DNA from: an uncultured Candidatus Rokubacteria bacterium
Lineage (GTDB): Bacteria; Methylomirabilota; Methylomirabilia; Rokubacteriales; CSP1-6
NCBI GenBank assembly: GCA_963771355.1
Contig: CAVYTA010000006.1
Span: 960,001 to 1,024,000 of the forward strand
Reading direction: 5' to 3'
DNA length: 64,000 nt
Shown here: positions 30,076 to 38,963 of the stretch, in pieces
Layout: each line of letters starts with the position of its first letter
Position numbering within the stretch: position 1 is the first letter of the stretch
Program-made: the position numbers and the translations under genes
The notes under the pieces: generated by a model
Seen by the model: the letters and a program-made list of their open reading frames with translations, nothing else
Database searches by the model: none
Told to the model about the DNA's origin: nothing

Positions 30076-30876
30076 GTGCGCTGGGTGGCGCGCGCGATCG
30101 GCTTTGCCCTACTCGGCATCGCGGCCGTCGCGGGCGCCACCGTCGGGCTCGAGGCGCAGGGGCGTCAGCCGCTCACGGGGCGCGTGGTGCGCGTCATGGA
30201 CGGCGACACCATCGCGGTGCGCGTGGACAAGCGTGTTTTTACCGTGCGCTACATCGGAACCAACACGCGCGACGCGCGCATGCCCGGGGATAGTGTGGAC
30301 GCGGGCCCCACCGAGGCGGCCGAGTTCAACCGTGCCCTCGTACTGGGGCAGACGGTGCGGCTCGAGATGGACGCGCAGGAAAAGGACGCGCAGGGCCGCC
30401 TGCTCGCCTACGTCTACGTCGGGGACCTGATGGTCAATGCCGAGCTCGTTGCCAATGGGTACGCCGAGGTCGCCATCAAGCCGCCGAACGTGATGCACGA
30501 GGAGATGCTCCAGCAACTGCAGCGCCAGGCGCGGCTCCTCAAGGTGGGGCGCTGGCGCGACTCGCCCTACGTCGGGCGCGAGCCCGGCAGCCGCCGCGCC
30601 GGCGCGCCTCCGAAGCAGTCCGCCTCCGCCGGCGATCCCAAGACGGCTCCGGCCGGACGCACCTTCGGCACGGTGGACCGGCCCGGGGCGGCGCCTCACG
30701 ACGCGTGGACCTGCCCCATCTCCCATCCCGTCAAGGGGGCCGTGAACCCCAGCAATACCGGAGAGCGGCTCTACCACCTGCCGGGAGGCGAGGCATACGC
30801 GAAGACCCAGCCCGAACGCTGCTACGCCAACGCCGAAGAGGCGCGCGAGGACGGGACGCGCCGCGCTCAGCGCTGA
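30076..30876 (+). CDS. Secreted thermonuclease (SNase) with small C-terminal Cys/His domain
   Basis: VMDGDTI, GRLLAYVY, NAELV..GYA; YHLPGG..Y...ERCY. Confidence 0.85.
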   Translation: MRWVARAIGFALLGIAAVAGATVGLEAQGRQPLTGRVVRVMDGDTIAVRVDKRVFTVRYIGTNTRDARMPGDSVDAGPTEAAEFNRALVLGQTVRLEMDAQEKDAQGRLLAYVYVGDLMVNAELVANGYAEVAIKPPNVMHEEMLQQLQRQARLLKVGRWRDSPYVGREPGSRRAGAPPKQSASAGDPKTAPAGRTFGTVDRPGAAPHDAWTCPISHPVKGAVNPSNTGERLYHLPGGEAYAKTQPERCYANAEEAREDGTRRAQR

Positions 30877-30882
30877 GCGGCC

Positions 30883-31209
30883 TCAGCCTCCCGGCGGCCG
30901 GTAGCCCGCGCCCTGGGCGAGCAGCATCGCGTCGAACCCCTCATCGGGGGACAGGAGGTGCGTGGTCTTGATATCCTTCACCGCGCCCCCGGCCGCCACC
31001 GCCATCGAAGCTGCCGCGGCGTTGACGTTGTCGGGAACGTCGAAGAACACCACGACGTCGTAGTCCCCCCAGCAGTAGTACCAGGCGTGAACCTTCCCGC
31101 CGAGCTTCTCGATTACGGGCCGTAGCGCCTCCATCCGATTCTCGGGCCGCTGCACGAGCCGGCTCCACGCCGTGCTCGTGTAGGACGCCTGCACCATGTA
31201 GGTCGGCAT
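30883..31209 (-). CDS. GYD-domain protein
   Basis: MPTY...GDYDVV; AGGAGG RBS. Confidence 0.85.
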   Translation of the reverse strand: MPTYMVQASYTSTAWSRLVQRPENRMEALRPVIEKLGGKVHAWYYCWGDYDVVVFFDVPDNVNAAAASMAVAAGGAVKDIKTTHLLSPDEGFDAMLLAQGAGYRPPGG

Positions 31210-31516
31210 GGTCACCTCCTTGCCCCCGGCGAGTCGGGGGTGAGGCCACCGTAGTCCTCCGCGGCGTGAAGGGCAAGGAGCGCCGCGCCGTGGGGTAGGG
31301 AACCCGCACTCGTCGCGACGCGCCCGGCGCCGCTCCCGCCCGGGGAGCGAGCCCGTCGGCATTCTTTACGGGTCGGGGGCCACGCGGGTGACCCGAGCCT
31401 CATGTGCGCGTTTTTACTTGCCGGCCCAGAAGGGCATCATTCATGCACTATAGGGGTCGGCCACGGTGGAGGTGCGCCGAGGTACGAAAGATTGATAGGT
31501 GAGTGACGGGCATCGT

Positions 31517-32086
31517 ATGGCGGAACTGCTCTTCCTGGTGGCGCGCAATCATGTCGACATCCTGAGCCACCTGAGCCACGAGTTCGCGGGCGGCGACGTG
31601 CACATCCTGATCGACCGACGCTACGGTGAGCGCCGCCGCGCGAATGCGGGCGCGAGGGCCGCGCACGAGCGCCGCGGGCGCGATCGCCGCGCGCGCCGCG
31701 CCACCGATCGTGAGCTGCGCTCGATTGGCTATTCGATCGTCACGCTGGAACCAGCGGAGGGGCAGTTCTACCAGCCCAGCGCCCCCGCCAATCCCATGGC
31801 GGTGCGCGAGGTGACCGGCTACCTCCGCGATCGCTTCCGCTTCCACACGCCGGTCCCCTCCTGGGACGTCCGCCGCGACGGGCAGGGCTTCGTCCTCCTC
31901 AACGAGGAGGGCCGGCCCGCCCACCGGCTGCTCTTCGCCAAGGAGTTCCTGGACTACTACGGCAGTACCGGTGCGGAGCGCATCAGCCGCCTCCTCGACG
32001 AGTGGCAACTCACCCAGCAGGTCACGATGGCCGGCCACGAGATCATTCTCATCTCCTCCTACGGGATCCGGATCGGCGACTGGTAG
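31517..32086 (+). CDS. Hypothetical protein with DRR/ERR repeats plus unknown C-domain
   Basis: LIDRRYGERRR...ERRGRDRR. Confidence 0.7.
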   Translation: MAELLFLVARNHVDILSHLSHEFAGGDVHILIDRRYGERRRANAGARAAHERRGRDRRARRATDRELRSIGYSIVTLEPAEGQFYQPSAPANPMAVREVTGYLRDRFRFHTPVPSWDVRRDGQGFVLLNEEGRPAHRLLFAKEFLDYYGSTGAERISRLLDEWQLTQQVTMAGHEIILISSYGIRIGDW

Positions 32087-32138
32087 GCCCCTGCGCGGCC
32101 CTCCTCGGCCCGTCGCCCTCGCGGAACGCGCGGATTTC

Positions 32139-32167
32139 TTGACTCACGCGACGCCACCCCCTAGCAT
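32139..32167 (+). promoter_or_regulatory. Sigma70-type promoter
   Basis: TTGACT-17bp-TAGCAT. Confidence 0.55.
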
Positions 32168-32169
32168 AC

Positions 32170-32646
32170 GTGCGTGATGTGCATGGGGACGTGCTGGTGA
32201 GCCTGATGCGATCGGCCCTGGGCTACTTCGGCCTGATGGGCGCCGCGGGCGAGGGGAGTACCGAGCGCTCCACCCGTGCGGCGTCGCGCAATCTCCCCGG
32301 CGCAGCCATTGTCGCCTCGCGCCTGGTCTTGCGCGGTGAAGTGAGCGGCGAGGGCGATTTCCAGATCCTCGGCAAGTTCGAGGGGGAGATCAACGTCACC
32401 GGCAAGGTCCTGGTCGCCGAGGGCGCCGAGGTGGACGCCAACATCAATGCCGCCGCCATTCAGATTGGCGGTGTCGTGCGGGGGAATCTCTCGGCCACGA
32501 CGCGCGTCGAGATCCTCCCCTCTGGCGTGCTCACCGGCACGCTCAAGACCGGCAGCTTCTCGGCGGCCGACGGCGCCTCCGTGAAGGGGGAGATCTGGGT
32601 CGCGCGCGGCGGCCAGCCCCGTCCGGCCTCCGCCAGCGCTAGCTGA
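32170..32646 (+). CDS. Bactofilin (start uncertain)
   Basis: LRGEV...ILGKFEGEI...GVVRGNL beta-helix repeats. Confidence 0.85.
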   Translation: MRDVHGDVLVSLMRSALGYFGLMGAAGEGSTERSTRAASRNLPGAAIVASRLVLRGEVSGEGDFQILGKFEGEINVTGKVLVAEGAEVDANINAAAIQIGGVVRGNLSATTRVEILPSGVLTGTLKTGSFSAADGASVKGEIWVARGGQPRPASASAS

Positions 32647-32648
32647 GC

Positions 32649-33308
32649 GTGGGCGTGTTGGACTCGCTACGCGCGTTCCTCAGCGGCTCCCACGTCGCGC
32701 GGTGGGGCCTGTTCGCCATCGCGGCGCTCGTCGTCCTTGGCCTCATCGGATTCGGCGGCTGGACCTGGTATGGCTCCCAGCAGGCGCAGGGCGCCGCCGC
32801 CCTGGCCGCCGCCGTCGAGGTCGCGCAGAAAGCCCTGGCGCCCGGGGCCACCCCGGAGATGCGTGCAGGAGCGGCCCAGGCCCTCGAAGCCGTGATCGCC
32901 CAGCATCCCCGCTACGCGGGACTCCCGGAAGCCGCCTACCGGCTCGGCAACGTCCGCTACGACGGGCGGGAGTATGCCGCCGCGCGGGGCGCCTTTCAGA
33001 TCGCCCTCGCCAAGGGCGCCACCGGCACGGTGCGCGGGCTGGCGGCGGCCGGGATCGGGTACACGTGGGAAGCCGAGAAGGACTACGCGAAGGCCCAGAG
33101 CGCCTTCGAGGCCGCCTTGGCCGGGCTCGGACCCAAGGACTTCCTCTACGAGGGCCTGCTCCTCGATCTCGCACGCACGCAGGAATTCGGCGGTCGGCGG
33201 GACGCCGCGGTCGAGACCTACCGGCGGCTCCTGAAGGACATGCCGGAGAGCCGCCGCGCCGACGACGTCCGGACCCGCATCGCCTCGCTCCAGAGCGCGT
33301 CGAAGTAA
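32649..33308 (+). CDS. Membrane-anchored TPR protein (YfgM-like)
   Basis: N-terminal TM followed by TPR helices. Confidence 0.75.
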   Translation: MGVLDSLRAFLSGSHVARWGLFAIAALVVLGLIGFGGWTWYGSQQAQGAAALAAAVEVAQKALAPGATPEMRAGAAQALEAVIAQHPRYAGLPEAAYRLGNVRYDGREYAAARGAFQIALAKGATGTVRGLAAAGIGYTWEAEKDYAKAQSAFEAALAGLGPKDFLYEGLLLDLARTQEFGGRRDAAVETYRRLLKDMPESRRADDVRTRIASLQSASK

Positions 33309-33562
33309 CGCGGCCCACGCCCGCTCGCGCCCCGAGCGTTCGCCACCCCTCGCCAGCTTGTCACTTGTATCCGTGCCGCTCGCTGAGACACGCCAGCATC
33401 CGTTGATAGTCGCCGGGGCGGGCCGTGAACGAGATTCCGCCGTCTTCGCGAAGCTCGCCGAGTTGCGCGGTGGCGGCGACCTGCTGACAATCCTGAAGGC
33501 GGGGGACAAAGCCTAGGACTACCACGTTCCGGATGAAGGTTGCCCGGAACGCGAAGCGAGTA

Positions 33563-33590
33563 GAGTCCGATAAGGGATATTATGTCAACT
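33563..33590 (+). other. dif: dif site (XerCD chromosome dimer resolution)
   Basis: GAGTCCGATAA-GGGATA-TTATGTCAACT in 11-6-11 layout, intergenic, at the gene-strand switch. Confidence 0.85.
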
Positions 33591-33703
33591 AGCAGGAATG
33601 GCGTGCGGTGGCGAGCTGGCGGCGCCGCTAGAAGCCGGCTCCACGACCCAACGCTCCTCCCCGGGCCGGCGCGGGCCGCCGGCCGATAGGCGCGGGATCA
33701 ACC

Positions 33704-34129
33704 TCACGCGTCCGGCGTGGCAATGCGGTGTGCCACCGCGGTCAGCCGCGCCGTCACGCGTCCGGCATCGGTGGTGACGGTCACGTCATAGAAGGCTGCG
33801 CGCCGGCCCCGCCGCCGCTCGCGGCACTCGGCGATGAGCCGCGACCCCGGAGCCGCCGCGGCCAGAAAGCTGATCGTAGCTGTGAGCGCGACCGCACGGC
33901 CCCCGTCGGTGTTGCTCGCGGCGCCGAGCGCGATGTCGGCGAGCGAGAAGACCACGCCGCCGTGGGGCGCGCCTTGATGGTTGAGCATGTGGGGGGCGAG
34001 GTCGAGCGCGACCCGGCAGTAGCCGGGCGCCAGGGCCAGGTACTCGACCCCGAGGGCCCGGGCCCAGGGCTCCTGCTGGAGCTCGGCCCGGAGGGCCGCC
34101 GGCACCGAGGGCCGGTCGGACCCGCTCAC
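33704..34129 (-). CDS. PaaI-family hotdog thioesterase
   Basis: N..G..HGGVVFSLAD...ASN. Confidence 0.88.
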   Translation of the reverse strand: MSGSDRPSVPAALRAELQQEPWARALGVEYLALAPGYCRVALDLAPHMLNHQGAPHGGVVFSLADIALGAASNTDGGRAVALTATISFLAAAAPGSRLIAECRERRRGRRAAFYDVTVTTDAGRVTARLTAVAHRIATPDA

Positions 34130-34133
34130 GTCG

Positions 34134-34856
34134 TCATTGCAGGGTCGCCGTCAGCGTGATGCCGGTCTCCGCGGAGGACTGCTCCTGCCGGACACCGAGG
34201 ATCTGACGGGTCACCGCGTGCAGGCTGCTGGTCGCGCCGCCGATCTGCACGCGGCGGCCATTGGGCACCACCAGCTCGGTGGCGGCGTCCACGAGCTCCA
34301 CGGTGCCACCGCCCCCAGGGGTGCTGTAGCTGAGCCAGGGCGTGAGCCGCACGCGGATCTGGCCGTTCGGCAGCACCGTCGGACGCACCGCGAGGCCGGT
34401 GCCGACGCTCTGCCACGCCACGCCCTGGGCCACGTAGCCCCGGCCGGTCGCATAGTCGTAGTAGGAGACGACCTGAGGATAGGGGATGTCCTGACTGACC
34501 ATCATGGTCCCCTGCCCGCCGTCCTGGACCAGCACGAACACCCCGCTGCTCCGCGTGGTCGCGGTGGTGGTGTCCTCTACCGCGAGCCCGCCCGCGCCCC
34601 GCGGCGCCCGTCCCGGCTGGATCACCACTCCGCCGCTCCCCTGCGCGCCCTGCCGGCTCTGGGTCACCTGCTGGCGGATCTCGATAACGACTTTCACCGA
34701 CCGCCCCGTCTGCGCGGCCACCGGGACTGATTCGAGGCTCAGGAGGAAGGCGAAGAGCAGGCAGAAGAGCCGAGCCAGGCGTAGCCCGGGGGAGGCGCCG
34801 GCCAGCAGCGTCCGGGCTTGGAGGACGAGCCCCGACCGCGACCGGGAACGAAGCAT
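34134..34856 (-). CDS. Exported secretin-core-like protein (start uncertain)
   Basis: Signal peptide; VGTGLAVRP..G.IRV.L.P and T.LVV.NG..V.IGG patterns. Confidence 0.55.
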   Translation of the reverse strand: MLRSRSRSGLVLQARTLLAGASPGLRLARLFCLLFAFLLSLESVPVAAQTGRSVKVVIEIRQQVTQSRQGAQGSGGVVIQPGRAPRGAGGLAVEDTTTATTRSSGVFVLVQDGGQGTMMVSQDIPYPQVVSYYDYATGRGYVAQGVAWQSVGTGLAVRPTVLPNGQIRVRLTPWLSYSTPGGGGTVELVDAATELVVPNGRRVQIGGATSSLHAVTRQILGVRQEQSSAETGITLTATLQ

Positions 34857-34878
34857 GGCGACGGCGACCCGGCCCCTG

Positions 34879-35709
34879 CTATCCGGGGATCTGGGCTTCT
34901 TCCGGCAGCTTGTCCCAGGCCGGCTGCCACTCCGGCACCCGGAGCCCGGCGGCGGCGGCGAGGGTCTTGACCTCGGCGGAGAAGGCGCGGCGTACCTCGT
35001 CGTTGTCGCGGGTCTTCAGCCGGAACTTCTGGTAGAGGCGGTTCTTCGGCGTGTTGGGCCGGCCGAAGATGTTCATGGTGCGCACGTACCACTTCTCCAG
35101 CGCGTCCTGGGCCTCGGCCCGCGTGGCGTCGCTGGCGGTGAGCCGCTGCACCCAGAGCTCGCCGTGGCGGATGTGCATCTTCTCTTCCTTGAAGATGCCC
35201 TCGATGGCGCGCGCCCACGGCCCGTAGGAGCACTGACGCACGTCCTCGAGCTGGTGACCGGCCCCACGATCCATGCAGAAGTTGAAGAACACGAAGTCGG
35301 ACCAGCGGTCGATGGGGTAGTAGAAGATGTTGACGCGCTTGTCGCCGGCCACCCGCTCGGTGCCGATGTCGGCCTTGGCGTCGTCGAGGCGGAGAGTGAA
35401 GTCGTGCCGCGCGATGTGCGCGGGCACGTCCACCCCGAGGTCCTCGAGGAGCCCGTACATGACGTGCGCGTGGCGCACCTCGTCCTTCACGATCTGCGCC
35501 ACCACGTGCTTCTCCTCGATGGTGGGCGCCTTCATGATCCACGGCACGTAGCCGAAGGCCCCCGCCAGCTCCGAGTCGGCCTGCATGGTCATGAGGTTGA
35601 CGAGGCTCTGCCGATACGCCTCCGTCATCTCCACCGACGACTCGATGCGCTCGCCGGCCTGGATCCGCGCCAGAAGCCGCTCCTCGCTGGGTTCCCTGCT
35701 GGAGTCCAT
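34879..35709 (-). CDS. PaaA/PaaC-family diiron acyl-CoA epoxidase-like protein
   Basis: ADSELAG, APT.EEK, KDEVRH, CSYGPWAR, KEEKMH. Confidence 0.85.
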   Translation of the reverse strand: MDSSREPSEERLLARIQAGERIESSVEMTEAYRQSLVNLMTMQADSELAGAFGYVPWIMKAPTIEEKHVVAQIVKDEVRHAHVMYGLLEDLGVDVPAHIARHDFTLRLDDAKADIGTERVAGDKRVNIFYYPIDRWSDFVFFNFCMDRGAGHQLEDVRQCSYGPWARAIEGIFKEEKMHIRHGELWVQRLTASDATRAEAQDALEKWYVRTMNIFGRPNTPKNRLYQKFRLKTRDNDEVRRAFSAEVKTLAAAAGLRVPEWQPAWDKLPEEAQIPG

Positions 35710-35711
35710 GA

Positions 35712-37022
35712 CTAGCTCCTTTCCACCACCCGCACCGCCTTCCCCTCGCTGCGGGGGATGGTCTTGGGCGGGACGATGGCAATCTCCGGGTTGAGGCCGA
35801 GGTGGCCGCGCAGCCGTTCTCCCACCCGGGCGGCGAGGGCGGCGACCTCGGCTCCCCTGGCGTCGAAGCCCCCCCAGCCCCCCACGAGGCCCTCCGCGGG
35901 CTCCACGTGGACGGTGAGACGGGGAAAGCCCTGGGTCCGGTCCACCACCAGTTGATAGTGGGGGGCCAGCTCCACGATCGTCAATAGCGCCGCCTCCACC
36001 TGCGAGGGATACACGTTGACGCCCTTGATGACGAGCATGTCGTCGGTACGCCCCTTCACACGCGCCATGCGCACCGTGGTGCGCCCGCAGGCGCAGGCCT
36101 CGGGATTGAGGCTGGTGAGGTCGCCTGTCCGATAGCGCAGCATCGGCAGGGCCTCCCGAGTGAGCGCGGTGAGGACGAGCTCGCCCTCCTTGCCATGCCC
36201 CAGCGGCGCCCCGGTGGCGGGATCGACGATCTCGGGCAGAAAGTGATCGTCGTTGATGTGGAGGCCGTCGTGAGCCGGGCATTCGCTGGCCACCCCCGGT
36301 CCGATCAGCTCCGAGAGCCCGTAGAAGTCCGACGCCACCACGCCCCACAGCGCCTCCAGCTGGGCGCGCATCCCCTCCGTCCAGGGCTCGGCCCCGAAGA
36401 GGCCATAGCGGAGGCCGAGGCCGCGCGGGTCCTGGCCGGCCTCGCGCAGGGCCTCGCCGATGTGCAGCGCGAAGGACGGCGTGCAGGCGAGACCGTGGGG
36501 TCGGAAATCCTGGAGCAGCAGGATCTGGCGCAGCGTGTTCCCCGACGACACGGGCACCACCGTGAGCCCCATGTGCTCGGCGCCGTCATGGAAGCCGAGG
36601 CCACCGGTGAAGAGCCCATAGCCGTAGGCGATCTGGATGAGGTGGCCCGGCTCCGCCCCCCCGGCGGCCAGCGAGCGGGCCATGACTTCACGCCAGATGT
36701 CGAGATCGCGACGGGTGTAGCCCACCACGGTCGGCTTGCCCTTGGTGCCGGAGGAGGCGTGGATGCGCGCCAGCTCGTGCCGGGGCACCGCGAAGAGGCC
36801 CCACGGGTACTGCTCGCGGAGGTGGTCCTTGCGAGTGAACGGGAGGCGCGCGAGATCCTCGAGGGCGCGCACGGAACCTGCGCCCACCCCGGCGGTGGCC
36901 AGCGCCGCGCGGAAGAAGGGCACGTGCGTCGCCGCCCGATCCACCGTGTCGCGGAGCCGCGCGAGCTGCAACGCGCGCCGCGACTCCGGCGCCATCGTCT
37001 CCGCGTCCGGATTCCAGATCAC
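35712..37022 (-). CDS. paaK: Phenylacetate-CoA ligase
   Basis: IHASSGTKGKPT, YGYGLFTGGLG, GAEPW, YRTGDL, RSEGKAVRV. Confidence 0.92.
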   Translation of the reverse strand: MIWNPDAETMAPESRRALQLARLRDTVDRAATHVPFFRAALATAGVGAGSVRALEDLARLPFTRKDHLREQYPWGLFAVPRHELARIHASSGTKGKPTVVGYTRRDLDIWREVMARSLAAGGAEPGHLIQIAYGYGLFTGGLGFHDGAEHMGLTVVPVSSGNTLRQILLLQDFRPHGLACTPSFALHIGEALREAGQDPRGLGLRYGLFGAEPWTEGMRAQLEALWGVVASDFYGLSELIGPGVASECPAHDGLHINDDHFLPEIVDPATGAPLGHGKEGELVLTALTREALPMLRYRTGDLTSLNPEACACGRTTVRMARVKGRTDDMLVIKGVNVYPSQVEAALLTIVELAPHYQLVVDRTQGFPRLTVHVEPAEGLVGGWGGFDARGAEVAALAARVGERLRGHLGLNPEIAIVPPKTIPRSEGKAVRVVERS

Positions 37023-37032
37023 GTCACGCGCC

Positions 37033-37296
37033 TCAGCGGACCACCACCGACTTGAGCAGCCAGGCCTGGCGCTCGAGGAATCGCGTGACGGTTTCGAGAA
37101 GACGGGGATCCGAGGCCCCGTCGAGGCAGATCCGATCGGGAAGGATGTACTGGACCTCCGGATAGGACACCAGCACCTTGAGCAGGGTGCGCACCTTGGG
37201 ATCGGGCGCCAGCAGCCCGCCCCGTCCGGAATCGCCCGCGCCCGGGTCCCAGTCGTCCTGGAAGACGAGCCGCAGCTCGCGCCCCCTTTCGCTCAT
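37033..37296 (-). CDS. Small hypothetical protein
   Basis: ATGA overlap with the glycosyltransferase, GGAG RBS. Confidence 0.65.
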   Translation of the reverse strand: MSERGRELRLVFQDDWDPGAGDSGRGGLLAPDPKVRTLLKVLVSYPEVQYILPDRICLDGASDPRLLETVTRFLERQAWLLKSVVVR

Positions 37297-38429
37297 CTCC
37301 GGAGGCCCGCGTAGAGCTCGACCATGGCGGCCACCTGTCCCGTCGCGGAGAAGGCCCGCTCGGCGACCCGGCGGCCCGCCGCGCCCATGGCCGCGCGACG
37401 CGCGGGATCGAGGAGAAGCCCGATGGCGGCATCGGCCAGATCGCGCGCGTCGGGCTTGGTGAGCAGGCCCGTCGCACCGTCGACCACCACCTCCTCGACA
37501 CCCGACGCCCGGACCGCCACCGCGGCCAGCCCGCATGCGTGGGCTTCCGCCAGCACCAGTCCCTGCGTCTCCGTCTCCGAGGCGAAAAGGAAGAGGTCCG
37601 CCGCGCGATAGTAGGCCGGCAGGGCCTCGCGGGCGACGCCGCCCATCAGCCGGATGCGGTCCCGCGCCGGGCTGGCGGCGGCCCGGCGGCCCAGCGCCTC
37701 GGCATGGCTGCCCTGCCCCACCAGGAGGAGACGGGCCTGGGGCAGCGCGCCCGCGATCAGGCCGAAGGCCTCGATCACGCGCTCCACGCTCTTCTCCCGG
37801 TCCAGGCGGCCCACGTAGAGGCAGACGAGCGCCTCGGGCGTGAGCCCGAGCGCCCGGCGCGCCGCGCCGGCGGCGCCGGGGCGGAAGCGGTCCAGCGGCA
37901 CGCCGGTGGGGACGACGGCGACGCGCGCCCGCACACCGCGCGTCCGCAGCGTTTCCGCGATACACGCCGACGGGGCAATCACGAGCTCCGCGCGGTCGGC
38001 AAAGCGGCACGCCAGCCGTACCGCGAGGGCGGCAACCAGCCGCTCCGGCGCGGGCACGTAGTGCGCGTACTTCTCGTAGCGCGTGTGATAGGTGAACACG
38101 AGCGGCACCGCCAGCCGCCGGGCGAGCCGGCGCGCCGTCACCCCGAGGAGAAACGGGTGCTGGGCGTGGACGATGTCGGGCCGGAGCCCTCGGGCGACGC
38201 GGGCGAGGCGCGGCGAGCACGGGAACGGCACCGCGAATCCCGGATAGGTCGGCGCGGGGATCGACGGGTAGCGGAACACACCGGGCGAATCGCCGGCGGT
38301 GTCGGAGGCGGGGGCGAAGACCCAGGCCTGGTGACCCGAGGCCTCAAGCCCGCTGCGGAGCGTCTCTACGGCGGTGGTGACCCCACCCCGGAACGGCAGG
38401 TAATTGTTCGTGAAGAGGGCGACGCGCAT
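37293..38429 (-). CDS. GT4 glycosyltransferase
   Basis: YLP..GGV, HTRYE.Y, GRLDREK, ETQGLVLAEA. Confidence 0.9.
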   Translation of the reverse strand: MRVALFTNNYLPFRGGVTTAVETLRSGLEASGHQAWVFAPASDTAGDSPGVFRYPSIPAPTYPGFAVPFPCSPRLARVARGLRPDIVHAQHPFLLGVTARRLARRLAVPLVFTYHTRYEKYAHYVPAPERLVAALAVRLACRFADRAELVIAPSACIAETLRTRGVRARVAVVPTGVPLDRFRPGAAGAARRALGLTPEALVCLYVGRLDREKSVERVIEAFGLIAGALPQARLLLVGQGSHAEALGRRAAASPARDRIRLMGGVAREALPAYYRAADLFLFASETETQGLVLAEAHACGLAAVAVRASGVEEVVVDGATGLLTKPDARDLADAAIGLLLDPARRAAMGAAGRRVAERAFSATGQVAAMVELYAGLRR

Positions 38430-38432
38430 TCA

Positions 38433-38963
38433 CTATTCATCCGGGGCGCCGGGGTCCTTGCCGCGCTCCATGAAGTCCCCAGGCTTGATCGATTCCAACC
38501 ACTCCTTCACCTTGTCCGGATCTTCCGGCCGCCCGCCCCGCGCCCCCTCCCCTTCCTTGACCACTTCCACCGTCTGGGCCTTTTGCACCACCTCTTCCGC
38601 CACGAAGATGGGGGCGCCCACGCGCAGCGCGAGCGCGATGGCGTCGCTGGGGCGAGAGTCCACCGTGATCTCGTTGCCGCCCAGCTGGAGGTGCAGCACC
38701 GCGAAGAAGGTATTGTCCCGGAGGTCGTTGACGACGACCTTGACCACGCGGGTCCGCAGCGACTCCAGGATGCTCTTGATGAGGTCGTGGGTCATCGGCC
38801 GCGCGGTGGGGATCTTCTCGAGCTCGATGGCGATGGCATTGGCCTCGGCCAGCCCCACCCAGATCGGCAGCGAGCGCTTGTCTTCCTCGTCGCGCAGAAT
38901 GAGGATGGGCAGATTGGACAGCGGGTCGACGGCCAGTCCTTTGACCTTCATCTCGAGGTACAT
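38433..38963 (-). CDS. Bifunctional nuclease family (DUF151)
   Basis: LPIWVG..EA, RPMTHDL, DSRPSDAIALA. Confidence 0.9.
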   Translation of the reverse strand: MYLEMKVKGLAVDPLSNLPILILRDEEDKRSLPIWVGLAEANAIAIELEKIPTARPMTHDLIKSILESLRTRVVKVVVNDLRDNTFFAVLHLQLGGNEITVDSRPSDAIALALRVGAPIFVAEEVVQKAQTVEVVKEGEGARGGRPEDPDKVKEWLESIKPGDFMERGKDPGAPDE

